DNA from: Lepidodermella squamata
Taxonomy: Eukaryota > Animalia > Gastrotricha
NCBI GenBank assembly: GCA_047495785.1
Contig: JBLDXI010000024.1
Location: 1,736,001 to 1,800,000 of the forward strand
Direction: 5' to 3'
Length of the DNA: 64,000 nucleotides
Shown here: in pieces, positions 35,917 to 48,547 of the stretch
Layout: every line of letters starts with the position of its first letter
Numbering within the stretch: position 1 is the stretch's first letter
The notes under the pieces: model-generated
The model's database searches: none
Seen by the model: the letters and a program-made list of their open reading frames with translations, nothing else
What the model was told of the DNA's origin: nothing
Made by a program: the position numbers and the translations under genes

Positions 35917-37550
35917 TCATTGTGAATTTTCGACCAGCTTTGCCGCGATTCCTTCATTTGTTTCCGGGGGCGGTTCTTTGTCTTCGTTTTCTATACGACC
36001 ATCAGGTCGCGTGTAGTCGAAACTGTGCCGATTCAAAGTCGCCAACCAAGTTATCATTCTGAAAGGAATCGAATCGTACATTTTCACTGATTTACATGGC
36101 TAAAATTACGATTTTTCTGATATTTCTTTGCCGACAATATGTCCAACAATATATTTTTTCTTGAAGGCTTCGAGGTCTTCCTCGACAGTGCTCCAATCCA
36201 ACGGAGCGTGCACTCCATCATTGCCGTATCGCTTGTTATAGTTGTCATAATGTAAGCGATGTAGATAGAGCCCGAGAGCTGGAGCCATTGGGATATCCAC
36301 ACGTGTTGGGCCCCAAGCCTTGCCCAGGGTGTCCATTGAGCAATTACCACGGACGACGCAGATCATCAAAGCCACCATTTTTCTAATTTGGTGAAGCATG
36401 AAACTCTGGCCTTTGATCGAAATCGTGACAAATTCCATCTCAGAATCTGGCGCGGATTCGTCCGATGCAATGAAGGGTTTTGAGCACTCCAGATTCATCA
36501 TGTAGCGGTTAGCGCTTTTGTCTTGAGCTACGCCGAAAAATACCATATCAAGTAGGTTTCTTAAAAGTAACAATAAAACTTACCGCTTAGACCACTTGTG
36601 AAATTGTGGAAATTATGAGTTCCTTTATAGTTTTGAAGGAATGAATTGATAGCATCTAGCTTGGCTTGGTCGATTCGATAACTGGAGCTATGTCCTTCAA
36701 GCTCGAGAATTTCAGTGCACTCTTTGAAGGCATATGTCGGCATCACATAATGGTAAGTCCTGGCGTTGCAATTAGATTTTGAACAGAAAGTACGAGTGAC
36801 ACGCCAAACGCCTGGGTAAAAAACATTTGGGGGGAAATGGGTGGTTCATAAATTGAATGAAAATACCATGAACACGAATTTGTTCAGGTAGACTAGCGTT
36901 GATTGCTTTTGACATAGCTTCCGTGGTAGAAGGCTTTTCGTCTCCTTCCAAGCTTTCTGCCATTTGAATGGATATAAGCTGGCAAGCCGCAGAGACCCCT
37001 TTATCAGTGCGGGCAGCCCGTTGAAACTTTGCAGCCAAACCCGGGGCAGCGAGAACGTCCCCGGCGATGAGTTTAGCTTTCAGCAATGATTCCAAAACAG
37101 CCTCTTCGATAGTAGGATTACCTGGTTGCCTGATTCATTCAGAATAAAACGAGTAAATGCTGACAGATTGATCAAAAACCTTTGCATGCCAAAGTAACCA
37201 GCGCCACAATAGGCCAATAATATGGCAAACTTTTTTCGTTTTTGTCCAAATACCTGGGCTTCCCGGCCGGCGTTCCTATTCTATTGCCAATATTTAATGT
37301 GGTCATAATATTTTATTCCAGAGAAAACAAATCGAACCTCTGGTGTTTGCTTCGCTAGTTTAGCCGGGGGTTCATCATCATTATTTTCAGCAGGAGGTAA
37401 TGGTTTCTTTTCCACCTTGGCAGCACCCTCAATTTCTACATGTGCAGAGGCCATGGCTCTAACCGCCAATCTTCTTGAAAATGAGCGCAAAGAAGTGAGA
37501 AAAGGAAGGCCAGAAAGCAGATCTCGGGTCAGTATCAGCTTCAATACCAT
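35917..37550 (-). CDS. PUS1: tRNA pseudouridine synthase 1 (TruA family), multi-exon
   Basis: YCGAGYFGMQ, RAARTDKGVSA (catalytic Asp), YKGTHNFHNFT, GQSFMLHQIRKM, PMAPALGL, YNKRYGNDGVH. Confidence 0.95.
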
Positions 37551-38139
37551 AAATTCTAAATAAATGATGAGTTGAATTGTCAAAATCGAATTATCATCGA
37601 CTTGTCGGTTTTTTTCAACAAAGAAGAAATGGTTGTTGAGAATTAAGAAAATCCTATTAAATGACACGACGGATTTACCGTGATTAAGTGACTTAGCGTC
37701 GATTCGAGGCATATTATGACTCATCTTCTAAGAAATAATCATGCAGGGAAAGCTGCTACGGATGGCTTGTTCAGCTTGATGAGACATTTTTCAGGTTCTC
37801 TGTCACCACTTGCCTCTCAAAAAAGAAACTCTGCATCCCTCAGTCATCATCCCTGTAGGCCAGGAAGCGAACTCAGGGTTGCAACGTTGCCAATTCCTTA
37901 GTTTTGGATAGAGCTCTTTCAGGTCACTCCAAGGTCACGAGACGGACGAGAGGGTTTTCCCGCCTAAAAGCCTTATTCAAGGTCATCTGCATTTTTTGCA
38001 ATTTAGCAATGATTCATTAAAAAACTGCTGATATTTTGGATTATGTTTTAATAATAATTTGAATTTATAAGTGTTTTCGTGGCAGTTAAAAAGGAGATGG
38101 CAAACAACTTTTTAGAGTTTCCGTTTTACGTTTTACGGA

Positions 38140-38375
38140 TTGTTGACTTGAGTCCTAGTCTTGAATCGACATTTCACATTCAGAGATTGCATTATTGATA
38201 GAATCTCGGACTCACTTGGATTCTCTAGCCAATAAAAGCACATCGGACTGCTCCAAGGCTGTCGGCCGAAGGAGTTTTCGATCGCCAGTTTTCTGAGAAA
38301 ATTGATTGAGGGTCTAGATGGCTCACAAATATTCCCAACATTAGTTGACTACTTTATGCAGATGACAAAAAACAC
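38140..38375 (+). mobile_element. Highly decayed reverse-transcriptase remnant (LINE-like)
   Basis: Ordered remnants VDLS, GLLQG and LLYADDKK resembling the DLSKAFD / G.PQG / YADD motifs, with stops and frameshifts. Confidence 0.35.
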
Positions 38376-39830
38376 GACAACACGAATCGCAACACCCAGT
38401 CACTCAGTACCTTTCTTGTCAACTGTATGCGCCTTTCCACATTAATTAGTCCGAACTTCGCAACAGGACGGACTTTTATTGCTAACTTCTTTATCGCTCA
38501 ACTGCTAATTTCATGTCACGGCTACAAGTAATGTTTGTTACCACGAGGCCTCGTTGCCAGCTTAAAGTCAAAACGGGACGCTTTTTTAGTTGGGCTATTG
38601 TTTAATGTCAAATCGATCAAAATGAAAGTACAGTCTTTTTCGAGGTCTCTTTGTGACTTTCTTGTTGGCCTCACTTCCACTGTTCCGCTGTTAGCAATTT
38701 TCCAGGATGCAAAATTTTTAAAATTTGAGCATGCACGTACATCTTGTATTCCATATGTCCACAAGAAAAATGAAAATTAGTGGCAACAAATGTGTTGATT
38801 AGGTGCCAAGAGTCGCGGCAGGGCTGATTAAAACGCATCGGTAGCTATTAGCTATGCGAGGAAGTAATAAGGAAGAAATATTTTACAGCATGAAGGCTGT
38901 AACATTGACGCTAAAATCTCGCAGGTATATCGGCAAACCGTTCTGTCCAAGATGTCTAGCTGTGTTTAAATTGAATGTGGCTACAAAGTTCAATGTTTCT
39001 CTCGTTTTTGAATGTGTGACCCTTATTCAGTTATTGGCTACCTTATCAAAACGCCTAGGTGTATGTGAACGTAATTACTTTTCTGTTGTGTGCGTGCAGG
39101 AAAGGACCTTGAAAGCGAGAATTCACTAACAGGAAATTGAACACTTCCGAGACTCACCGCCGGATCGGAATTCTGCGATTTCATCGATTAAATCGAATGT
39201 GTATGAGAGTATATTTCTTCGGCTTCAGCTACTCTGTTTCATTTTGTACCTTATGAGAGAAAAGAATACTGACGCGACGAAAGAACTTCAAACAAGGGAA
39301 GGAAAAATACGATTTGTTACCTTTCTAAATGCTTTATTATTACTTTTCACCTCGCTGAGTTAACAATAAAATAACAACGCAGCCCTAATAATGAGTGAGG
39401 CCGCCGAATTGAAATTATATCGTAAATTATATTGTATTTTTATCACCGACAAATCTCGAATGTCAGAAGAGGACGACAATACATTACGAGCATATTTACA
39501 TAAACAAAAAGAGCCAATTCTCAATACAAAAATAATACGCCCGACATTTTTTGTTAATAATTAACCGTTAAATAATTCAAGTGATCGTGCAAAGTAACTA
39601 AGAAAGAAAGATTAATGGCGAAGTGTCAAGCTCCAATACATAAAAAGAGAGACGCCGGGGTGAAAATCACAGATAGTGAGTAGACCATGCGATTAATGAA
39701 TCATGTGATAAAATGAAGAATGATGTCGTGCACCTTGCTCACGTTCTCAATGCAAACGTAACAAGGAACTTATTAGAAAAACTAAAAACTAGCAGTTTTT
39801 ACTCAAAGCATACTTACACCTCGTTACTCT

Positions 39831-42121
39831 CTATTTGCTAATGGCTAATGGAGGAGCTTGCGCTGTCATAGGAGATGCATCAGTACTACCAGCAACAGTA
39901 CCTGGGGTGCTGCAAGGGAAGTTCTGAGTGATTATTTGATGGAAGGCTGCAAACAACTGGGCAACGTCTTTTTTCGACCGTCTCTCACTGAAGTGAGCCG
40001 GACAACTGAGATACATAGCTGATGCAAGAGATGTTTCAGGTGTCGCGACAGAAATGGCGTTTGTATTATTGCTTAGTGTCTCGGCCACACTGCTTGCTCG
40101 GTCTTGCTGATCGTCGAAGGGTGAGAACAAGTTCATGTAAGTCAGTGAAGACAGCAGACGCAGTATCAAATTGTATTCAATCTCTTCGGGAAGAGGAAAC
40201 AGCTTCGAAATGAAGTGGAGCAAATAGTACAAAAGTGAACGTGTTCCCTTGTCAAGACGCTGTGAAAAAAGGCGTGAACACAGAATTGTTAAAACATTAA
40301 ATTAACCTACCAGCAAGCCTGCAGTAGGCTTGTTGTTCAATATTAGGCATATATCTTGAGATGTTAGAACAGGTTCCTTCAAATGATCAAGCCAACTCCA
40401 GAATAAGCTCGCTAGTACTACAGGATTGCTCTCTTTTTCTAGCTCGGAGTAGGCATGAGCACCTTGATTCAGCCTCAACTTGTATTCATCAACTAGTCGC
40501 ACTTCTTCTGCGTCGAGCTCAGATACCAAAAGATACGCCGCTATGTGCATCAACGACACATCCTCCTCGTCCTCCCAATTAGGAGCTTGCTCTGTGACAG
40601 GTGATGGCTTTCCATGATCCAAAATTTCAGGTACAGGAAGTGACATAAGGGTTGACTTATCTCCTGCTTGATCAGCTGCTGGTTCTGATAAAGACAGCCT
40701 CATTAACGCATTTCCCAATTGTATGCTACCGGATGTGGTGAATGCTCTACGATTTATTGCAGCAGGGCGCATCCTCTCGACCACGAATAACAAGTCCGTT
40801 TCTACACCAGCCAACCGCAAAAGAGTCGAGCATATAACATGAATTATGCGAGGTATATGGCGATACCGACGGGCCTCCTCTCCAGAAAGCAGTGAGTTCT
40901 GATGTCGCAAATAGCTTGTAAGGGTGAATTCGCGATGTACGACTACCCTCGGCATTTCTGATCCGTTGTTGTTGGAGTTGGTGAGACCCTTCAGAGAAGT
41001 CGAACTCGAGCTATGACGCAGTTCAGTGATCCCATCAAACGAAGTAGTTGGAAGAGATGCATCGTCACCACTTTTCCCGTTAAGTAGCGATGTACTATGA
41101 GCATGATATGGCTTTGTTTCGTAGAAGGGTACTTCGCCGAACACAACTCTAAGAGGTCTCAGAAATTCCTCGAATTCCCGGATGCAATCCAACTGCGATC
41201 TTGTTTGGATCGAGCGTGGACGATTTTTCCGAACCAGCATAATCGCGTCGACAGCTGAGTATTGTTTGGCATAAATAAGATAGCACGCAATGAAAGTACC
41301 GGTTCGTCCTAATCCTGCGTGGCAGTGGACTGTTGCTTTCCCTTGAGTTAAAGCGAAATCCATCACCTTTACAGTATCCAGCATCCTATAATCAATGTCT
41401 GCAGAATTGTACATATTATTGAGGTATATGCATTCGAACCTGGGCATTGATACTGTTCCGTAGTCATCCCATGGAAAATTATAAAAGAATATCTCGTTTC
41501 TCATGAACTCCGTTGGGCTATAACTGAAACCACTTTCTTGGTCCAACGACGGTCCACAGAACGCATGTTCTCCACTATGCTGGAGATTGAATATTGATTT
41601 AATATTACATCTGAAAATTGGGTAACCTTTAAATGTATCCATCTAAAGAAAGAAACTTTACTGTTGGAATTGTTTGATGATATCGTACTTTTGAACCATT
41701 GGCGTATTAGGCCTCGCCATAGCCAATATATCTTCGGTGACCCTATATCAGAAAATATGAAATGAATCAATATGGCATGGAATCACTAAATGAATGCTAA
41801 CCAGTGAGAGAAGAGACCATTAATGGCCATGTCATTTTTATCCCACGATGATCCCTCATATTTGCACTTGGCTCCTCCGCAGAATAACTATGTAAATGAT
41901 GACAGTGTAAATGCTGTTTTAATGAAATCAGGTCAACTAACCTGACATTGAGTGTCAGATGGAATTGAATGCCTCAACTGCTCACCGAGGTAAGTATATT
42001 TTGGCAAGGCGTCAACGCCAGCACCGCTCGACACGGCCGCGGCGTGCGGCTCGTCATCTGCGAAACGCAACATATTTATTATCATAAGTGAAGATTCAAG
42101 TTTACTTCTGCTAGATTCCAT
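39831..42121 (-). CDS. PTPDC1: Protein tyrosine phosphatase domain-containing 1, multi-exon
   Basis: PKYTYLGEQLRH, CGGAKCKYE, ILAMARP, NLQHSGEHAFCG, FYNFPWDDYG, catalytic HCHAGLGRTG, RPRSIQT, WLDHLKEP. Confidence 0.92.
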
Positions 42122-42605
42122 CACAGTTGAAGTGCTTCCATAGCAATATAACTCGAATTTCGGAGACGAAAGGCTCCCATCGTAGTTAACGTCGTAGGTA
42201 TATGCGAGTCGAAAAAGTTGCGCTTTTTTGCTGGAGCGTGGTCAAAGCCAGAGCTAAGGACGCCTAATTTTGTAAAAAACACAAATCATATTTTTATTAT
42301 TGCCTAAATGAATATTTCAAATAAAAGAATTTATAGGTCATCATCTAAAAAACCCGCTAAACAGTTTTGTTTTTCAGGTTTTTAGCCCAGTTTGCCAAAA
42401 AGCTTTTGGAACGCCCCCTAAGTCCCTAGTTTGGGTTGTTTTTGTGACGAAGACTGTCTCAGGTTTGAATATGCCGGAAATAGTTATAGGTTTTGAGCCC
42501 CAAATTGAGCAATCAGGGTTCTTGGTGCGAAGACTTGTGCTCTAATATAGTGTCTAATGTCTAATGTTGCCTGTTGAAACGTTTTCGGTTAGGTTTTTTG
42601 CACAA

Positions 42606-43160
42606 ATGGGTTTGTTAACTATCATTCGGAAACTGAAGCAAAAAGAGCGTGAAGTTCGTATATTAGTGCTTGGTCTTGACAATGCCGGGAAGACCACTGT
42701 TGTGAAATGTCTCCGAGGGGAAGACATAAACACTATTTCGCCTACTTTGGGATTCAACATCGACACGTTTGATTACAATGGATTTGCTATCAACTTATGG
42801 GACATTGGAGGTCAGCGTTCGCTTAGGCCTTACTGGCGGAACTATTTCGAGTCTACCGATGGCCTTATATGGGTTGTCGACAGCGCAGACAAACGTCGAC
42901 TTCAAGATTGCCGAGCTGAGCTGGAGAAAGTTTTAGTCGAGGAGCGTCTGCTCGGATGTTCTTTGTTGGTTCTTGCTAACAAGCAAGACCTGCCTGGAGC
43001 AATGCCTCATGAAGAAATCAAAGACATATTAGCTCTTGATTCCATCAAATCTCATCATTGGGCAATCTATGGTTGCTCAGCATTTACGGGTGATAATATA
43101 CTTCATTCTATTGACTGGATTGTTACTGACATTTCTCAGCGTCTATTTGATAGTGATTGA
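42606..43160 (+). CDS. ARL2: ADP-ribosylation factor-like GTPase 2, intronless
   Basis: [75 protein letters not shown]. Confidence 0.96.
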   Translation: MGLLTIIRKLKQKEREVRILVLGLDNAGKTTVVKCLRGEDINTISPTLGFNIDTFDYNGFAINLWDIGGQRSLRPYWRNYFESTDGLIWVVDSADKRRLQDCRAELEKVLVEERLLGCSLLVLANKQDLPGAMPHEEIKDILALDSIKSHHWAIYGCSAFTGDNILHSIDWIVTDISQRLFDSD

Positions 43161-43248
43161 TATACGAATAACACCACTGCTGCAAATTCCTTATACTATT
43201 TTCCTCTATAATTTTAGGATTCCGTTTTATATGTTGTAATGAGGTGAT

Positions 43249-44442
43249 ATGAACGAAGCCCCGATTTCGCGTCGTTTGCGTCAAGCTGTGAAAGACTCTG
43301 CACCAGAGGAGGTGTTGGCTGGTTTGGTAGACGAAGCTCTCGAATCTTCACAGGATTCGCTATGTGCTGCATTTCTGCGCTCAGCAGTCGACCGGGCAAT
43401 ACGTGGCCACAACCTCATTGCTCTTAGAGTCATACTTCGAAAATGTCGAGATTCACTTCCTAGTGCCCTTCGATTACTCTTTCTTGGTCAGAAATCTCAG
43501 CAGCTGCTTAGTCTTGCCGTTCAAACTGGCAATGTAGAAGCCGTGGAGTTGTTGCTTCATTACGGGGCGAATCCGAACGGAGACGGGAAACAATTTCATT
43601 TTCTGCAATCACCTCTTCGCATCGCAGCTATATCGCCACGTTCCGAGCTGTGTTCTCGCCTCAAAAACGGCATTGACATAGATAGCGAAAACTCTGAAAG
43701 TGATAGCGCTGACGATTCGAGCAACTCTGTATCTTTTGAAATTATTAACATGCTGCTCGCATATGGAGCTGATCCATTGCATCATTGTGCCAATGGCTCA
43801 GGAACGATTCCCATTCATTTCGCGCCTCACCTAGCCATGATTTGTCCGGACGCTGCTGAATTACTGCTAAGATCTACTCCTCCGATTGGGTACGATTGTC
43901 GATTTGACTGGCCACCTGGCACCCCAAATAGCACGGGAATGACCCCACTTTCAATGGCTCTATTCGAGGCGTATCAAGCGCTCAGGCAGGAAAGAAATGT
44001 AAAAACGTTGTGTAAGAGTGTTATTGTTCCTTTGTTACGAGCCGGGGCTACGCTGAACCCTGACCCATTGTCGAACGTGGCTACGTTCAACGACCTTGTC
44101 TACCTAGACTCGGGTGCAAGCGAGGCTTTGCACTACCCGAGGAACTTTTTGTTGCGTCTTGTGCTTGAAGCACGTTGGAAGTCGTCTGTCGATGAGACAG
44201 CTCTAAAAACGCTGAGTGCTGTTGTGTCTCGAACCGGTGATGATGGTGAGAAGTTCAACTCTGTAACTGCAGCGTATGTCCGCGCCTCTTTCCCCCGTCG
44301 ACTCGATCAGCAATGCCGAACTGCTATCTTGAAATTGTTACCTCGAGGTTTCGACGCAAGACAGCGAGCGATCGAAGCATGCGGTTTGCCTCGGTTGTTG
44401 AATGATTATTTAAAGTTCTCAGAATTCGAAATCTATGCCTGA
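43249..44442 (+). CDS. Ankyrin repeat and SOCS-box (ASB-like) protein, intronless
   Basis: Ankyrin repeats LAVQTGNVEAVELLLHYGANPN and MLLAYGADP; SOCS box PRRLDQQCRTAILKLL...LPRLLNDYLKF. Confidence 0.85.
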   Translation: MNEAPISRRLRQAVKDSAPEEVLAGLVDEALESSQDSLCAAFLRSAVDRAIRGHNLIALRVILRKCRDSLPSALRLLFLGQKSQQLLSLAVQTGNVEAVELLLHYGANPNGDGKQFHFLQSPLRIAAISPRSELCSRLKNGIDIDSENSESDSADDSSNSVSFEIINMLLAYGADPLHHCANGSGTIPIHFAPHLAMICPDAAELLLRSTPPIGYDCRFDWPPGTPNSTGMTPLSMALFEAYQALRQERNVKTLCKSVIVPLLRAGATLNPDPLSNVATFNDLVYLDSGASEALHYPRNFLLRLVLEARWKSSVDETALKTLSAVVSRTGDDGEKFNSVTAAYVRASFPRRLDQQCRTAILKLLPRGFDARQRAIEACGLPRLLNDYLKFSEFEIYA

Positions 44443-44802
44443 AAAATCTCTATTGTTGACTCTAAACTTAACGTATTATCCCAGATTTTATTTGGCAAAG
44501 CCGTAACTGCTTTACTTAGTTTTAATTTATGCATTTTATCGAGCCCTCACGTGGTTGTTGAGTTCGAGTTGGTTTTCATTCGGAAAATCTCACGGTATTA
44601 GAGCGACAATCCAAAGCATAATTTTTATCTTTTAAGACCTTTCTTTACGTTGTTGAAACTCATGACTCGAGTGACAAATTTATTATAATAAATTGGTTAG
44701 TGAATTACGCTTTTTGTTATTTTTTTTAGGATTTCATGTAACATTATGAATTTCTGACCAAAATACATTACATCGAAAAACTGAGCTAAAATTCATTGAA
44801 CA

Positions 44803-47560
44803 ATGATTGACTTGGACCAAATTTCTCGCGATCAATACGTGCTGAAGAAATTCTTGCTGCCGCATGTTGGCGCCCTTCGAGTGACAAAAGTCGGCGTCAA
44901 GCATTGTTTACAATTCACGGAAAATGCCCAGAGCCCGAATGCTGCGCCTAAAATGCTTGATCTATCCGAAATGTTCGGTAATTTAGGGATAAAAATTCAC
45001 GAAATGTCAAATTTTGAATTTTGCTGAATATTTCCAGCCGTGACGCATGGTAAATCGTGCGACACTTTGACAGTTTATGGAACATTGAAAGTCACTGATC
45101 ACTGCCACATTCACGAGCACGGATGTTCAGACAGTCCGGACAAGCATTCAACCCGTAACCCGAACAATCACGCCCAAGTTTTGCGGCTAGGTGTCTACCA
45201 GTTCAAGCCGAAATCTTTTGTCCAACAATCAGATAGTGAAGCGTTACTGACAGTCTACGAGCAGCTGGTCCGCGTGATTGATGAGCTAAATAGCGCGAGA
45301 CATATGCCGAAGAAATTGCTGGTATTCGTGAATCCGCATAGTGGCGAAAATTTGAGGGCATGCAGAATTTTCACCAAATACGCCCTTCCTTTATTTAAAT
45401 TGGCGTCGTCTATCGTCTTCAAAGTTATTAGTACGTCACACGGTTTATTTGAATTTGTACGTTATCTTATGAATAATTTTAGTTTTAACGATGCCTGATA
45501 ACCCTCTCAAACTGCATGCCGAGGAAATTGGGAAAAGATGGGCTCTGCCACCTGGTGCTGTTGAGCTGGCTTTTGAACATCCCTATGACTACTGCCTAAA
45601 TCACTCCATCGAAGATTTTGACGGGTGAGAGGTCCTAACTTGAAAAAAATGAAAAATATTTGCAATATTAGAGTTGAGGTTCCAGCGCTAAATTTCGCCG
45701 ATTTTGATTTTTCCATCGGAAAAACTGATTTGTAAAATCGATAAATGAAATCTATATAGGCTCTAATTGCTATTGTATGGTTTTTCAAAAGAGGACTAAA
45801 AACCCGAAACATCCTATTTTTTGAAATTTAGTACTGGAACCCTAAATTTCGGGTATTCACTTGGGTCAGCCTTTTTTAATACATTTTTTGCAATTTTTTG
45901 CAATTTTTTCCAGGGTGATATCTGTTAGTGGCGATGGGACGCTATCTGATGCAGTTTTAGGCATGTTAAGGCGGCAGCACGGTAAAGGAAATCCTATCTT
46001 GCCTACAACTGAGTTCAATCGGCTCGAGAAGCCGATATTCGGAATCATTCCAGCCGGCTCTACCGATTCTATGTCGCTTACTATTCACGGAAACAACGAT
46101 CCATTAACTGCTGTGCTATATATTTTATCTGGTAGGTACCTCAAATTCTACCTTATCACGTCATATAATTTCTCATTTTCTCTTTCAGGGCAACGTGTTG
46201 GAATCGATGTGCAAGCCCTGTTCGATTCCCCTGCTGGTTTCAACCCAGAAAATGCAAATTATTCGATGGAAGATTCTAAATTCTGCCGGTTCTGCTTCAC
46301 GGCGGTAGGCGGTGGTGGTTTCATGCCGAAAGTTATCGAAATGAGCCGAGGACTTCGGCCGGTATTTCGAGCCCAGCGCTTCACAGCCGCAGCTGTGCCC
46401 ATTTTTATGGCGAATAAACCCCACCACATGGCTGTCTACTACAAAGCCTCGAGCGTTCAACCGAAAACGTTTCGAAAATTCTGCGGATCACAGTAAAAAT
46501 TGAATATTTTTCGATATTTCGAAATTGTAACTGTTAATTTTTGATAGTTGCAAGCATTGTGAGGCGTACTCAAACCAAGATCCATGCAATATGGCTTTAG
46601 CTGCTGCTTCTCAGCCATGGACACGAGCTCCTTATTCATCGTTCATGGGCGTGAATATCGGCTCAAATTCCGCGCCGTCGAAGTACCAAGCTGTTGGGAT
46701 ATCGCCCCACGCTCATGTTGGCGACGGGACAGCCGATATGGTGATGAATCGCCACGCTCCAACTATTTTTACCTATCTGGCATTGCAGAGAAAAACTGTC
46801 AGTCTTTCATCGGATATGGTTAGCACAATTTGTCAAATTTTTCGGTTGGATTAGAAGTTAATGTCCCATGAGTAAATGTCCCACAGGAAGGTCTCAGAAA
46901 GTCTCAAATTAGTCTCACGGCCAGAAAATTTCCAAAAACTTGTCAATGAGAATAAAAAAATCCGGAAAAATCTGGGCCATACCGAAAAATTACCGAACCA
47001 GTTCCTATCGGGTTTTTCGGGTTCACACCGGTAAATTTTCTCGGGAAAATCGCGGATGGTGGATGGGAGAAGTTCCCTGTGGTTAAATTTCAGGAAGATA
47101 AATTTCCTACTAGGTTACAAAATTGGAAAATAATTTTGCGAATTATGAAACACGGACGTGATATTGAAAAAAATATTTAGAATTTCTTTGAAACCTTCAA
47201 CCAATTGATTCAGCAAAACGTCAATAATTCTTTGTTATTTTACGGGTTTTTTTGCTATTTTTAACAGTATGAGCTGGTAAAGGAAGGACTTGAAACCGTT
47301 CGAGTTTGGGAATATAGTGTTGAACTCAGCGAAACTGCTGAGCGGTCTCCGGAAGAAGCTAAATCAGACGACAACGAGCCTCGGCTGTTGTGCAGTGCCG
47401 ATGGCGAGTTGTTCAGGTGCCGACGTCTCCACGGAGTGTAAGTCTGGCTTAAGAAAAAAATTAAAATTGATCGTAATTTCGATACATTTTTTCTAGCGTT
47501 CATTGCCGACTTTTTCACATGTTTGGTGCTGGCCGTCCGATCGCTGCCGATATGAAATGA
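44803..47560 (+). CDS. CERK: Ceramide kinase (DAGK catalytic family), multi-exon
   Basis: LLVFVNPHSG, SGDGT, GIIPAGSTD, DPLTAVL, CxxxCxxC (CGSHCKHC after splicing), GISPHAHVGDGTADM, DGE, VHCRLFHMF. Confidence 0.82.
45675..45844. mobile_element. Short MITE in CERK intron
   Basis: Inverted termini ggttccagcgctaaatttc / gaaatttagtactggaacc. Confidence 0.55.
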
Positions 47561-48298
47561 TAGAATTTATACTAACTCAACCCAACCTGCTTTGTAGAAA
47601 AAATAACTGACGCCCAGTATCATGCCATTTCTCATTTTTGTTGCCTATTTGTTGTAAAAAAGAAACATATTATTGGGATCAATTGAAGTGTGGTCAACCG
47701 CAGAAAGCTAATTGCCGCAGATATTGCTAAATATTTTATTTTTCATCTTGGACGAAATATTCTGATTATTGTAAACTATAAAACATCGACCGTATCGTAG
47801 AAGAAATACTTGCTATAATTGTTTGTGGTTGTTATGAAGTGACTCATTGGTTGAATAACGAAATCAAGTTTTAAATAATTAATGAGCCATACTAATTAAT
47901 GTGAAATGCTTGAATATGCAAATATGTGAAGCGGTTAATATTGTCGATAAGAACCAGGTTGATACTGATTCGAGGTGGTTTTTAATGTGTATGACTAAGC
48001 CTCAACAATTTCTTGCATATTTTTATCGGTAAATTATGAATAGATGATTCGATTTTCGATCAAACAACTCCGATAGCCACCGTAGAATTTTCAAATTCTT
48101 TGTTTTTATCATACTTTGTACATGATGATGAGTGTACATTCGGTGAAGCAAATGCTATTATGAATCATTGTCTACGAATCGTAATTTTTTCTAACAAAAA
48201 TTTGGTGAATGCAGACTGATTTTTAATTATTAATACGAAAATAAACAAATGAACGTATTAAATGTGATTTTTTGGTTGAACGGTCGAGCGGTGAATCG

Positions 48299-48547
48299 GT
48301 TCAGGTGAAAATCGGCTAATTTTTACCGTTTATACGCAAAAATGTATTTCTCTCGATTTCTTCGGAAAACCCGAAGAATTACCCGCTAATTGTCCAACTT
48401 TACCTACTCATAAATGTTTTCTATCGCTAAAAATCAGGTAAAAATCACCACATTTTACTAATAAATCTGGCTCACCTTACTCGCCTTTGTACCAAAAATT
48501 CATCGATTTCTGAATTGGCTGATTTTTAATCCTCGAAAAACATGGTT
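48299..48547 (+). repeat. Dispersed repeat, copy 1 (copy 2 at ~54610-54954)
   Basis: Shared blocks ttcaggtgaa, aatt.cccgctaa.tgtccaac, ctttg.accaaaaat, ctgattttt.atcctcgaaaa.catggt. Confidence 0.7.
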
